Positions 1-12,473 of a stretch of DNA of 64,000 nt are shown here, piece after piece. Under the pieces are notes generated by a model. That model searched no databases. It had not been told where the DNA came from and saw only the letters and a list, made by a program, of their open reading frames with translations. Source of the DNA: Camelus dromedarius. Lineage: Eukaryota. Every line of letters begins with the position of its first letter. Position 1 is the stretch's first letter. The position numbers and the translations under genes were made by a program. Location: assembly GCF_036321535.1 (NCBI RefSeq), contig NC_087436.1:33606001-33670000 (forward strand). Reading direction: 5' to 3'.

Positions 1-3000
1 TGTGTATACCTGTGTGTGTGCAACTGTATATGTATGTTTTCTTTGTGTTCATATGAAATATCTGCACAGTTGGAAGCACTTTCTGTTGTGTTTTAATGAA
101 AGATACATAGAAGATTATAAATGGTTTGTAAACACTTTCCTCTCCTTAGATAAGCCAATAAAAAATAACACTATAAACACTTTAATATAGATGTTTGTTC
201 TCCCCTGGAGTAGTTCAAACTCTACTTCTCAGGTCAGAACTTTTTTGAAGAATCGCGTATACAACTTGCCATAAATAAAATTCAGGTCATTATGGTTCTC
301 ACAAAAATCAGTTTTAGTTTTCCCACTGAAGCCAATTTAGTTATGACATTTTTCTTTTTATTTCTGACATACACTTATCCATGGTATTGAATGTCTTCTG
401 AGAGAATTACATGCCATCCATCGTGCTCAAAATTTAAATCATTTAAGCACAAAAATGCAGAATATGAACTTGTCAGTATTCATGAAGAAACTCGGTTGCC
501 AAAATGATTTCCAAGCATTTATTATTTTTCTAAAAAAATTGCCAATTATGTCACATAATTTAGAATTTTGAAACTCTGCAAGAATTTTAAGGATTACAAT
601 TTACATTTTCAAAGAACTGGCCTATAATGTATTACCCTATTGGCCATAATATTTCTCATAGTGGATGAAGCATCTCCTTTGGGTTGAAACCACATGCCAT
701 GTGTCTTTAATGTACTCAATACAGTTCTAGATACCTTCTATAAATTATATTCTAAAATTAAACCTAACATCAGGATAGTCCAAACAATCTGCTTAAACTG
801 ATCACAAAGTAATAGGAAATTCAAAACTGATTTACGATTGAATAGTTGAACACACTAACTTCATAATAAGTAACTTATCTGTATTAAACTATTTAGTAAT
901 TTACTTTAAGATTCTATCATTATCACTAATTTACCTACCAAATTTCATCATAAAAAAACTATAAACTAACTTAAATTGATTCAAGGAACAATATGAGTTA
1001 GGTTTCTAATAAAGTTATACAACTCAGTATATTTTCTGTGACTAGAATGAGCTCCAACAACATATTAGACTTGTAAATGTAAATTTTAAATGGAAACATT
1101 CTTTTGAATATGAGAGTCATTTATAGCCTTATCCTGGCACAAAGTAACATAATAAACTGCTAGAATCTTAATTTAAAGTAAAGTTTAAAGGCTGTTGTGG
1201 TTTGCCAAGATTATCCTTTATAAAAATTTCTTGAATGTTTATTTGTCAACAACTTATGTGATTATCCTAAATTAATGTGAAACCAAAAGTGAACCCAACA
1301 GTCAAATACTTTTGGAAAGCAAGAAACTTTTCTTTTTCTTTTTGGTTATGCTTTAATGGCCAAGCCAATAAACTAAAGGCATCTGAATTAAATAAGGAGA
1401 TTGGGGGTGGGTAATGAGGAGAAAGCAAGTCAGTTTTAGCAGGAAAAACTACTATTCACCAATTCAAATAGATATTATTTATAGGTTTTCAAAAAAAATT
1501 TTGAGAGTCAACTAGTATGCTTCTTTGCTTTCAAGATTTTATCATTGATGACAATTTTTACATTGGGGAAAATGTTACAGATTTTGATATTTCTTTACCC
1601 TCTAGAAAGATGACTTGTTGGAAACCATATTTTTCAGGTGCACTTTTATTACACATCAGCCAGGGACTGAGTCAGGTGAGGGTGAATAACCCAAACACCT
1701 CCTTATCTTAGTGCAAACACAAGTCAGCAGCATGTGTCTTCTTTCTAAAACTCTGATCTCTCAAAAGTCAACATCTCTGATGCGTGTGCATGCACACACA
1801 CGTGTGCAACAGAGACACAGACATAGATAAGGCCTTCAGTGTCCTAGAAACTGTGCTGTGTTCTGTGAGGCTTTCAAAGACATACCAAATACAGTGCTGT
1901 GTGTGCTGTAAAATCGAGAATGGCAGGATAACATGTGTAATAAGCTATAACCTCAGCCTGAATGGGAAAGATACCCTGTTGATAGCTAAGACAGGTAGAA
2001 GAATCACCACCTTCAAGCCTTCAGGGACACAAAGAACCCAATGAATAAAAATGTGAGTATCACTCTTTCTGTGTATAGGATAGCGGGAATTAGACAGTCA
2101 TCCCATTTTACATACTAATACAGTCAAATCTGTCTGCAAAGGCAGTTTGGATTTATTGGGAAGAAAAGGGTAGAGAAAGATTTGAGCTTTTACTATTCAG
2201 AATTCAGTCATCAAGCTGAATCAATCAGTCTCTTTTTGTCTATGGAAGTTGGGGGGGAAAATCATTGTATCCAACGTAGTATTGATACTTATATGGCTAA
2301 ATTGCTTCAAGATCAAAAGAATCCACCAGAGAGATATTCTTAACAGTAACCATCAGCTATTAATTATCTGATTTTAAAATAGATTTTTATGAGGCCATTG
2401 GTTTAGTAATAGTAATAGCTCTTCAGGGAAAAGCATGCATTCACATTTCAGAGCATTTTGGTTTGCAAAACTCACCTGCACCTATTGTCACGATTGTGTA
2501 ATACCTCGTGAACACTGTGGGGTCAATACAGATTGAACTAGAAAAACAAACTAAAACAAAACTCACAACTCTGAAAGCTAACGAATGTCCTTCTGATAAT
2601 TAAGGAATTACTGCTATGTTTTTATGAGTTTTGTGTTGAGTGATAAGGACACACTGAAACTAACAAATGGAGTGGAAAAGCCTTTGTTAATTGTAATTGT
2701 TTACCTGGCAATCTCTGTTAAGCAGGGACACAAGACCACAACAGCACATTCCTTATATGTGCTCCAACAGCTTAGCAGTAAAAATAATTAGGACACACAC
2801 AGTTTGTTCTTCTTTTTACATATGTGCATTTGAGATCTGGATCGTTCATCTGGTACTAGAACAGCCTTTATAGTGTACTGACAGTTTAAGTGGGAGAGGT
2901 TTTCCAGAATGTAAAGCAGACAAAAGCAAACCTGCTCTGATTAAAGTATTTGCAGAACTCAAAACATTGCTTATTGGCCCTCCAGTCACCCTCCCTCACC

Positions 3001-3413
3001 ACTGATAATGGGATTGTGTATCTCTAGAACTCTTATGGTTTGTAGAACACTGCTTCAAAAACACCATCTGGAAAAATAACATGCAATTCCTTCTCTTTTC
3101 TCTCTTGACCTATCAAGTGATTTGGCATGGCAGAAGACTCTACTGGCACATGAGCCAAATCTGTCAGTAGTTTCAATGGCATTTAATAGATACACAGGGC
3201 ACCTGCAATTGTTGGACCTTCGTGCTTATCAGACATAGCCTTTAAAATTCTGGAATTCTTAAAATTTTATGAAGTATGGGGAAAAATAGAAATAACTATG
3301 GGATAGTATCTAGGTCTTCTTGCAGCTTACCATTCTCACAGGTGTTTGCATAGATTTCTTAAAACCATTTTGTGAATTCTGCCCTCAAGAAGGATCGAGT
3401 ATTGTATATTTTT

Positions 3414-4145
3414 TCCATTTGAAAAAAACTGAAGTATAGTTGATTTACAATGTTGTGTTAGTTTTAGGTGTACAGTAAAGCGATTCAGATTATATATGTA
3501 GTTTTTCAGATTCTTTTCCGTTATGGGTTATTACAAGATACTGAATGTAGTTCCCTGTGCTACACGGTAGGTCCTTGCTTATCTATCTGATATAGGGTAG
3601 TGTGCACATGCTAATCCCACATTGCTAATTCATCCCTCCCTCCTTTTCCCCTTGGTAACTGGAAGTTTGCTTTCCACGTCTGTGAGCCTGCTTCCATTTT
3701 GTATGTTTATTTGTATCATTTTTTAGATTCGACATATAAGTGTTATTTATCTTCTCTCTCTATTTTATTCAGTGAAGTTAAGTCAATCTCTAGGTCCATC
3801 CATATTGCTACAAATGGCATTATTTCATTCTCTTTCATGGCTAATACCCCATTGTGTGTATATGTGTGTGTGTGTATATACATACACACTGTATTTTCTT
3901 TATCCAGTCATCTGTCGATGGACATTTTGGTTACTTCCATGTCTTGGCTACTGTAAATATTGCTGCTATATAAACATTGGAGTGAGTGTATCTTTTTGAA
4001 TTAAAGTTTCTCCAGCTATATGCCCAGGAGTGGGACTGCTGGATCATATGGAAACTCCATTTTTGATTTTTTAAAGAACCTCCATACTGTTCTCCATTGT
4101 TGCTGTACCAATTTATAGTTCTACCAAGAGTGTAGGAGGGTTCCT
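3414..4145 (-). mobile_element. 5'-truncated LINE-1 (ORF2 C-terminus + 3'UTR), cetartiodactyl/camelid type
   Basis: Reverse complement of an L1 3' end (gaagtatagttgatttacaatgttgtgtta...gttccctgtgctaca...ccaggagtgggactgctggatcatatgg). Flanked by a 12-bp TSD TTGTATATTTTT at 3402-3413 and 4146-4157. Confidence 0.92.
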
Positions 4146-5887
4146 TTGTATATTTTTCATCTAAACTGCTTTTATTAACTCTTCAAATCTATGAGAAAAT
4201 GATTTAGTCAAGGTGTGTTTTGAGGATATGATTTAAAATATATAGATAGTCACTGTAAAAATATATTCTCCTTGTTCTACACATGGCATAATCATGATAG
4301 GCAGAACGCTGCCCACCTGAATGCTTCTTGTGAAGAACTTAAAGTCTATATTCTACAAATGCTGTGTATCTGATGCTATGATCTGCTCTGGCCCCCCGTG
4401 GATTGTTTACTGTATTTCCTCTTGATGTATCAAACACATTGCAGGCAGTTTGAAACAGTCAACTCTTGGCCAAACCCAGGAAAATTACAAGCTTTCCTCG
4501 TTAATGGTGTGCAGGCCTTTGTCTTCTACTCACTCCACCCCACCTTCATCTTAAAACCGCCAGGATTCATGAGATCACACATACTTCCTTGAGTTACTGA
4601 TGAACTACAGATTACCGCTTGAAATCAATGACTGAAATGGAGAAGGCAAAGCAGAATTACAAATCCTAAAGAATCCTCTATTCTTTAAAAGTCAGAAAAT
4701 AAAGTAAGCAAAAAGCCAGGGACACTCTTACATCTGACGTTAAATGTGGCTGAGCTAGGAAAGCATGACAGGGAAAAAGAAAGTCAGTGATTTGGCTAAA
4801 CGTGAAATGAGTAAGGAACTTGAGACACCGTTTGTTGTATCACTTAGAGCTTTTTCTCCTGTTGTGGATGATGTGTTGCCAGAAGCATTTCTATGATATA
4901 ATTTGTACTTTCACAGTCTCATCCTGCCCCCACCCCCAACACATCCTAGTCCACTCTAAGTGTCCCTTACAGGTTAATGCTGAAACCTCACAGGATCTGC
5001 TGTGAATTCCTTTTATATTTTGCCCTGAGAATATGGAATGTGCTTTTCCTTCACTTCTCTGCCATGGGAATTAATTACCTGCAGTTTTCAGCACAGTGTG
5101 AAAGTCTTATCTGCTTTCTTTGGCAGTAAAATATTACTGCAAAGCTTTAAACCAGTTTTGAAGTTTTATTGTCTTTTTTCCCCCTAGGTTTTAATTATGG
5201 ATATTTAAAATATTTTACGTCAGTAGGTAATGTCATAGCTATTATGGTAAAAAACAAAATAATCAGATTGAATTAAACTATGAAAATAAAACTTTATACA
5301 CAAGGCTGGGCAAGCTTTTAAAGACCATTATTTTACTGGGTGTTACAGAATTTTAGTGATTTGTGTAAAGAAGAATCAATATTATTTACTAATAGGCAAA
5401 AAAGTGGGTTATTTTCCAAAACTGCGTATCCATTACATTTAATCAGATCCAGATGATAATACTAATATTTATGATGGATCCCAACCTCAAAACATAACAT
5501 GAGAAGGGGAAGAAATAATGATTCAATCATTACAGTTTCATGGATCAGTATGTGTTCCTGGTTTCAGGGGGAAATTAAAGTTGTAATATAAAGTTGGAAA
5601 GAGTGAGAAAGACAAACTACCATTTTATGTTCTGAGAGTATTCTTTACTTCTTTTGGGCATGGTTGAAGTAGTGTAATGATAATTCCTTTTTCTGATTTA
5701 AAGCAGGTAAATTTAAATGAATAAATTAAAAGTTATATAGTACGCCTCCAAATAATATTCAAATACATTAATCTTTATGAGAACTCATTTTTAGTTTATA
5801 AAAAAGGCAGTGATAAAACCCAAAATGTACAAGTCTAATTACTGACTTGCAAGCTTTTAAATATTTCCACTTAACTTTTAAAAAAAA

Positions 5888-6287
5888 TTTTAAATTTCTT
5901 TTTATTGAAATATAGTCAGTTTGTGTTCATTTCTGGTGTACAGCATAGTGATTCAGTTTTATATCTATATATATATGTTCCTTTTCAGATTCTTTTTTCA
6001 TTATAGGCTATTACAAAGTATTCAATATAGTTTCCTGTGTTTATACAGTAGGGCCTTGCTATTTATCTACTTTATATATAGTAGTTAGTATCTGCAAATC
6101 TCAAACTCCTAATTTATCCCTTCCCACCCTCTTCCCCCCGGTAATCACAATTTTGTTTTTTACATCTGTGAGTCTGTTTGTTTTGTAAATAAGTTCACTT
6201 GCCTCATTTTTTTTTTAGATTCTATATGTAAGTGATACGGTACTTTTTTTTCTTTCTGGCTTACTTCACTTAGCATGACATTCTCCA
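5888..6287 (-). mobile_element. short LINE-1 3'UTR fragment
   Basis: ttttattgaaatatagtcag...ctggtgtacagcatagtgattcag...ggcttacttcacttagcatgacattctcca; homologous to the L1 3' ends at 12080-12450 and 55690-56075. No clean TSD. Confidence 0.9.
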
Positions 6288-7289
6288 CATACTCTACACA
6301 TTTCACCTCTACTTCTTTATGGCCTATTGACCTCATACTCAACTGCATAAACATTCTGGATATTTTAATTAAAATTTATTCTAATTATTTCTTTCTATAG
6401 GCAACCTATAGAATACATACATTCAGTTCAACCTGAAGAGTGAGATATGTTGTTATATTTGGTGGCAATAAAATATAGTCAAATATATTTGTTTCATGAA
6501 TTAGATAACAAATAATATTCTTTAAAAATTGGATTTTCAAGATTGCTGTACCTTTTCAGTGTTTGAGACCCTATGTAATTACTATTTTCTTTGAGGGTAA
6601 CTTCAGTCTTCTTAGATATGCATAGTTAATGTTTGCCATATTCACTCCCAGTGAAAGATTCCTATTCATAAAGACTATTAATATATGAACATAAATTTCA
6701 TCCAGTCCCCATATTTTAAAATACACCCTTGAAAAATTACTTATTTCCCTCAACATAGGGGTGTATATCAATAGGGGTGTATATCATACAATTACGTAAT
6801 AGAAAATATTTGCCTAAAATTAGTTTTCCCGTTTTCTGTTTTTTCAAAAAACGTGGAACTTTTCTTAATTCTATTATTAGCAAAACATACAGGATAAACT
6901 TCTGTTTCCTACACTTAACATATTTAATGTAGTCTTGATTTCAGTCCTTAGAAAATATGCATTATTGAATATTTCATTTATCATATTATAGAAGACAATT
7001 TTTCTTATGAAAAAAAAAGGAAAACATTAACTATGCCTTGAGTCTTCAAAGGTAGGATTGAAATATAATTATTTAATGGTAATTCATCATGAGTTTTTTG
7101 GATAATTTCAAAGTGTATTTGTTTTTTTCTTTTACATGAATATTTCTTACTCTCTCTTAGTGTGGAACATGTTTCTAGATTTTTAAAACTCATAGTCTCA
7201 TTGAAAGTATAAATATAGTCAACAGTAGAGTACAATCTTTAGTTGTTCCATTATCTATGTAATATAGCAAAAAAACACTGATCTGATCT

Positions 7290-8086
7290 GTCCCCAGCAG
7301 TTACCTCAGTAGCACCAGAGAGGGCGCCAGAATGAATATGCTAAACCTAACCAGGGCAACTGCCTGCTAAAATGAAAGATTTAAATAGGACCAGATGTCT
7401 CCCAACATAATATACAAATTATATATTATGCAATTAAAACTACTTTGTCATGCCAAGTACCACGAAAATCACAAATTAAATGAACAACATCAATCAACTG
7501 GCACCAATAACTAATGAATCAATTATTTGACAGTTTTTAAAGCAGCAATCTTAAGACACTTGAAAAAATAAGCCAGAAGGAAATAGAACTGAAAAATACA
7601 ATAACTAAATTAAAACCTTATATTGGAAGAGATCAATAGTTGAGTGGCAGTGATGTAGAATAAGTGAAGGTGAGAACAGATCAATAAAATTTATTCAATT
7701 TGAAAACAGAATAAGAATAGCCTGGAGAAAATAAAAACTGGTCCTGTGGTACTAATGGAGATGACAGTGGAACATCTGTATCTTTGGAGTCCCAGAAAGT
7801 AAAGAGAAAGACTGTAAGGCTGAAAGGTGTTTACAGAAATGATTAAAAATTTCCCCAATTTGGTGAAAGAGGTAAACTTATACATTCCAGAAGTTAAGTG
7901 AACCACAAGTAGAATAAATACCAAAATATTCACACCAAAACTCACTCAAATTTTTGAAAACTAAAGACAAAGATAATATCTTGAAAGCAGTCAGGGAAAA
8001 GTGTGTTACTAATAGCAGAACTCAGTGGAGGAACATGACTCTCTCAGTAGAAATCCTTGGGGCTGGACGAGTGTAGGGAACACACA
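7290..8086 (+). mobile_element. ancient L1 (L1MC/L1M4-type), end of 5'UTR and ORF1 5' part; segment 1 of an interrupted element
   Basis: Degenerate ORF1 motifs (tttggagtcccagaaagtaaagagaaag; aaaaatttccccaatttggtgaaag; cagaagttaagtgaaccacaagtagaataaatacc). Resumes collinearly at about 13300. Confidence 0.8.
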
Positions 8087-8097
8087 GGGGGAGGTGC

Positions 8098-8106
8098 CAA
8101 GATGGC
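8098..8106 (+). promoter_or_regulatory. YY1-type motif (CAAGATGGC) at the L1 5' end
   Basis: Exact CAAGATGGC 11 nt inside the L1 start, the usual position of the L1 internal-promoter YY1 site. Activity unknown. Confidence 0.6.
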
Positions 8107-9563
8107 AGAGTAGAGAGACTCACAGCTCACCCTCTCCCATAAATACACCAAGAACTATATCTACAAGCCCACTGAATCGCACAGAACACCTACTAAACTC
8201 TGGCAGAGTGTCTCTTGCTTTGAAATGCAAAACGATTCTCACAAAATCCAGTAAGAGAAAAAAAGAAAATCGGTGTGGGACCAGTCCTGCAGGGAGGGAG
8301 TGGCAAAAGTAGAAATGCACCCTCATGATGGTATGTCCCCTCTTCAGCTGTGAGGGAAGTGGGGACAGAAGCCAAGCTTCTCGAAGCTTGGAGGAGAAAG
8401 TGGCAGCCACTTGGAAGACAGAACTAAAAGAAAGTGGAAGGGCGGGTCCCTGAGCCCTAGATGCAAGCTGGCTGGGACAGGCCAGGACTGACTGCTGGAG
8501 ATTGGGGGAGGGGCTGGGGTCTGCTACTCAGAGGTGGCCTCAGGGGACTGGAGGGCAGTGTGGACTCTGGCTGAGGGTGTGTGGGAACAGGATAGCCCGG
8601 GACCCCCATAGACAAGCATGGTGTGCGTGCTGGGTGGGGCACAACAGAGCCTCACCGTAGCCACTGTGTCTGCTTGGCTCCATTGTTGGTGTGTTCTGGC
8701 TAGAACAGAGATGGCGCTTGGTCATAGCCATCATTGCTGTGCAGAGGCAGAGCTGAAAGCTGAATCCATACCCAGGGCCCCTGCAACTTCACAGGTAGGA
8801 CTGAGATTTATTTATAGCCCCAGGCAGAGAGAGTGATTTGCTCCATTGGTGACACTGTGAACCTGCACCTCTGGGATGAACAGGCAGGGAGTGGAGTTCT
8901 GGCCCATGGTGGAGGCAAGTACAGGTATGTACAACAAGCCAGCACACTGTACTGTACGTTGAGGTGGGCCTCGGGTCTGTACTGACCCTGTGATGCACCG
9001 CAGATACAGGTGTGTGACTGCATGCCTGACATTGGTGATCTGTACTGGTGGTTCCTGGGGTCCAGAACCTGGGGGACACCAGAGCAGGTGGCTGACATTC
9101 CCACAGCTAAGGTGGGGACAAAGGCAGCATCAACAAAGATTACTTTGTAAGCCTGCATAACAAGTGACAGACAACACCACAGAGGGCACTTCCCAGTGAA
9201 TATCTCTTGGGGAGGTATACTCAGCAACTCCTTTTCCCACTCCAACCCTGCCTACCACACACCGCAGCTCAAAAACAGGCCTAGAAGCCCCTATTCCAGC
9301 AACAGGGGAGCAGGCCTTGCCCCTGGCCTCTGTCAAGGCTGTTAAAACCACACCCCAGTCAAAGGGATAACAGCCAGCACACATGGAAGAAAGACATGTC
9401 AATCATCCATACTAATAGCCCTTGCAACAAAACTATTAGAGGCACACAGTCTACGCACATAAGCTCTGCTTTAAATAAAAACAAAAACAAAAAACAGCCC
9501 TTCAGGACCACAGTAGATAAGTGATACTCCTAAATCCGTAATTCCAAAGAAATATAAGTAAAA

Positions 9564-10310
9564 ATGAAGAAGCAGAGGAACCACTCCCAATTAAAAGAAC
9601 AAGAGAAGTCCCTTGAAAGAAAGAAGAATGAGATAGACCTTGACAGTCTCCTAGATCATGACTTCAAAAAAGGGGGGGGGGGGTGATAAAAGCACTGAAG
9701 GAAATAAGAGAGACTATGAATAGAGACAGAATACTATAAAAAAGGAAATAGAAACAATAGAGGAAATAATTCAAAACAGAAAATTCAATGGCTGAGAAAA
9801 AAGCCTAGCTAAAGCAGTCGAAAGCAGACCTAGATAATGCATAGACAAGTAAGTGACTTAGAAGACAAGTTAACAGAAGTCACCCAATTGGAACAGCAGC
9901 CAGAAAAGCAGGTAAAAACCAATGAAAGCAATAGAAGGGACCTATGGGGTAATATAAGCATGCCAACCTACACATAAGGGTCCCAAACAGACCTATAGCA
10001 AGATATATTATAATTAAGATGGCCAAAGTTAAAGAAATGATTCTAAAGGCAGCAGGAGAAAAACATAGTTACAAGGTGACCCCCATAAGGCTTTCAGCTG
10101 ATTTCTCTACACAAACACTACTGGCCAGAACGGACTGGCAAGATATTTTCAAAGTCCTGAATGTGAAAAAGGTGTAAACCTAGGATACTCTATCTGCCAA
10201 GAGTATCCTTTAGAAGAAGGAGAGAAAAAGAACTTCACAGACAAGCAAAGACTGAAAGAATTCAACAATACTAAACCTATGCTAAAAGAATTGTTGAAAT
10301 GTCTATTCTA
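9564..10310 (+). pseudogene. decayed L1 ORF1p (frameshifts, stops, internal deletion)
   Basis: ATGAAGAAGCAGAGGAACCAC start; C-terminal motifs ccccataaggctttcagctgatttctct and acagacaagcaaagactgaaagaattc; poly-G run near 9672-9683. Confidence 0.8.
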
Positions 10311-11502
10311 AATAGAAAATAAGCAGGAAGCTATAAATATAAGAAAACCATAATTGGAAATGTGATAACTACAGTGAGTTGCAAAAGAATAAACATGAAG
10401 ATGCGAAGAAAAAAACAAAACAAAACAAAAAAGGACATCAAAATCATAAAAGGTAGGAGAGGGGAGCAAGAAAATACACATTTCTTTTTCTCCCTTTTTT
10501 TTTCCCTTCATTCTTTTTAGGATGTGTTTGAGCCCACATGAACACCAGTCTAAAGCAAACAGATACAGTAATTTCAAGGATGTTAATATCAGAAATGGAA
10601 AGAAACAATCCTTTTTAAAATTGCACCCAAAAAGATAAAATAGGAATAAATCTGACTAAGGAGGTGAAAGACTTACAAAGAACTATAAACATTAACTAAG
10701 GAAATTAAAGGTTACTTAAAGATATGGAAACATAGCCCATGTTCTTGGATTGGAGGAATTAATATTATTACAATGGCTATACTACCTAAAGCAATCTACA
10801 GATTTAATACACTCCCTATCAAGTTACCTAGGACATCTGTTTTCACAGAACTAGAACAAATAATCCTAAAATTTATATGGAATCAAAAAAGACCCAGAAT
10901 TGCCAAAGCAACACTGAAGGAAAAGGAAGAAGCTGGGGGAATAACCTTCCCAGACTTCAGATATTCTGCAGAGCTACAGTAATTAAAATGGTATGGTATT
11001 GGCACAAAAACAGATATATGGATCAATGGAACAGAATAGAAACCCCAGAAATATACCCACAAACTTTTGGTTAATTAATCTTTGACAAAGGAGGCAAAAC
11101 ATACAATTGAGTAAAGACAATCTCTTCAGCAAATGTGTTGGGAAAACTGGACAGCTTCATGTAAATCATGAAGTTAGAATATTCCTTCATACCATACACA
11201 AAAATACACTCAAAATGGCTTAAAGACTTAAACGTAAGACAAGACACTATAAACCTCTTAAAGAAAACATAGGCAAAATTATCTGACTTAAATCTCAGCA
11301 ATTCTCCTAGGGCAGTCTACTCAGGCGATTGAAAAAACAAAAATAAACAAACAGGACCTAATTAAACTTACAATATTTTGCACAGCAAAGGAAACTATAA
11401 GCAAAACAAAAGAACAACCTACAGAATGGGAGAAAATATTTGCAAATGATGTGACTGTCAAGTGCTTAAATTCCAAAATATATAAACAGCTCATACAACT
11501 TA

Positions 11503-11526
11503 ACAACAACAACAACAACAACAACA
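11503..11526. repeat. (AAC)n microsatellite inside L1 ORF2
   Basis: aacaacaacaacaacaacaacaac. Confidence 0.9.
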
Positions 11527-12473
11527 AAAAACCAATCCAAAAATGAGCATAAGACCTAAACAAACAATTCTCCAAATGAAGACATACAAATGGCCAACAG
11601 GCACATGAAAAAATGTTCCATATTGCTAATTTTCAGAGAACTGCAAATCAAAACTACAATGAGGGTATCACCTCACACCTGTCAGAATGGCCATCATTCA
11701 AAAGACCACAAATGATAAATGCTGCAGAGGCTGTGGAGAAATGGGAACCCCCTTACACTGCTAGTAGGAATGTAGTTTCATGCAGCCATTATGGAAAAGA
11801 GTACGGAGATTCCTCAAAAAACTAAAAATAGACTTACTATATGATCCAGCAAGCCCACTCCTCACCATATATCCAAAGGGAACCTTAATTCAAAAAGATA
11901 TATGCAACCCAATGTTTACAGCAGCACTATTTACAATAGTGAAGACATGAAAACAACCTAAATGTCCATCAACAGATGACTGGAGAAAGAAGATATGGTA
12001 TATTTATACAATGGAATACTACTCAGCCATAAAGAAGAATAAAATAATGCTATTTACAGCAACATGGACGGACCTGGAGAATGTCATTCTAAGTGAAGTA
12101 AGCCAAAAAGAGAAAGAAAAATACCATATGGTAACACATATATGGAATTAAATAAAAAAGAAAATTATTTACGAAACAGAAACAGACTCAGAGACATAGA
12201 AAACTTACCACTACCAGAAGGGAAAGAGGATGGGATAAATTGAGAGTTCCAGATTTGCAGATACTGACTGCTATATATAAAATAAACAAATTCATACTGT
12301 ATAGCACAGGGAACTATATTCAGTATCTTGGAGTATCTTAGGGTGAAAAAGCATATGAAAACAAATATATGTATGTTATATGACTGAAGCATTGTGCTGT
12401 ACATCAGAAATTGACACAACATTGTAAACTGAATATACTTCCATAAAAATATATTAAAAAAAAAAACAAAAAA

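Larger units (their letters stand above)
8087..12473 (+). mobile_element. younger LINE-1 with full 5'UTR and decayed ORF1, large internal deletion (EN and most of RT missing), ORF2 3' part, 3'UTR and poly(A)
   Basis: Starts GGGGGAGGTGCCAAGATGGC; GC-rich 5'UTR to about 9560; ORF1-like MKKQRNHSQLKEQEKSLER from about 9564; ORF2 peptides [12 protein letters not shown] (10773) and WYWHKNRYMDQWNRIE; A-tail at 12456-12473. Confidence 0.93.

Noticed and set aside
5188..5226. Plus-strand 39-bp exon-like segment (cccctag|GTTTTAAT...GTAG|gtaatg)
   Set aside because: Very AT-rich, unrecognised peptide, moderate donor and no partner exons; likely a pseudo-exon.
8025..9402. Cluster of overlapping ORFs in a GC-rich island (also 56402-57791)
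   Set aside because: These are L1 5'UTRs, where GC richness lowers stop-codon frequency. No evidence for a conserved ORF0-like product or a host CpG-island promoter.
10481..10520. Strong pyrimidine tract plus AG in the L1 spacer as the cause of the large deletion (spliced L1)
   Set aside because: The acceptor lies about 50 bp upstream of the deletion junction and is retained, and the junction has a linker rather than a clean splice join.
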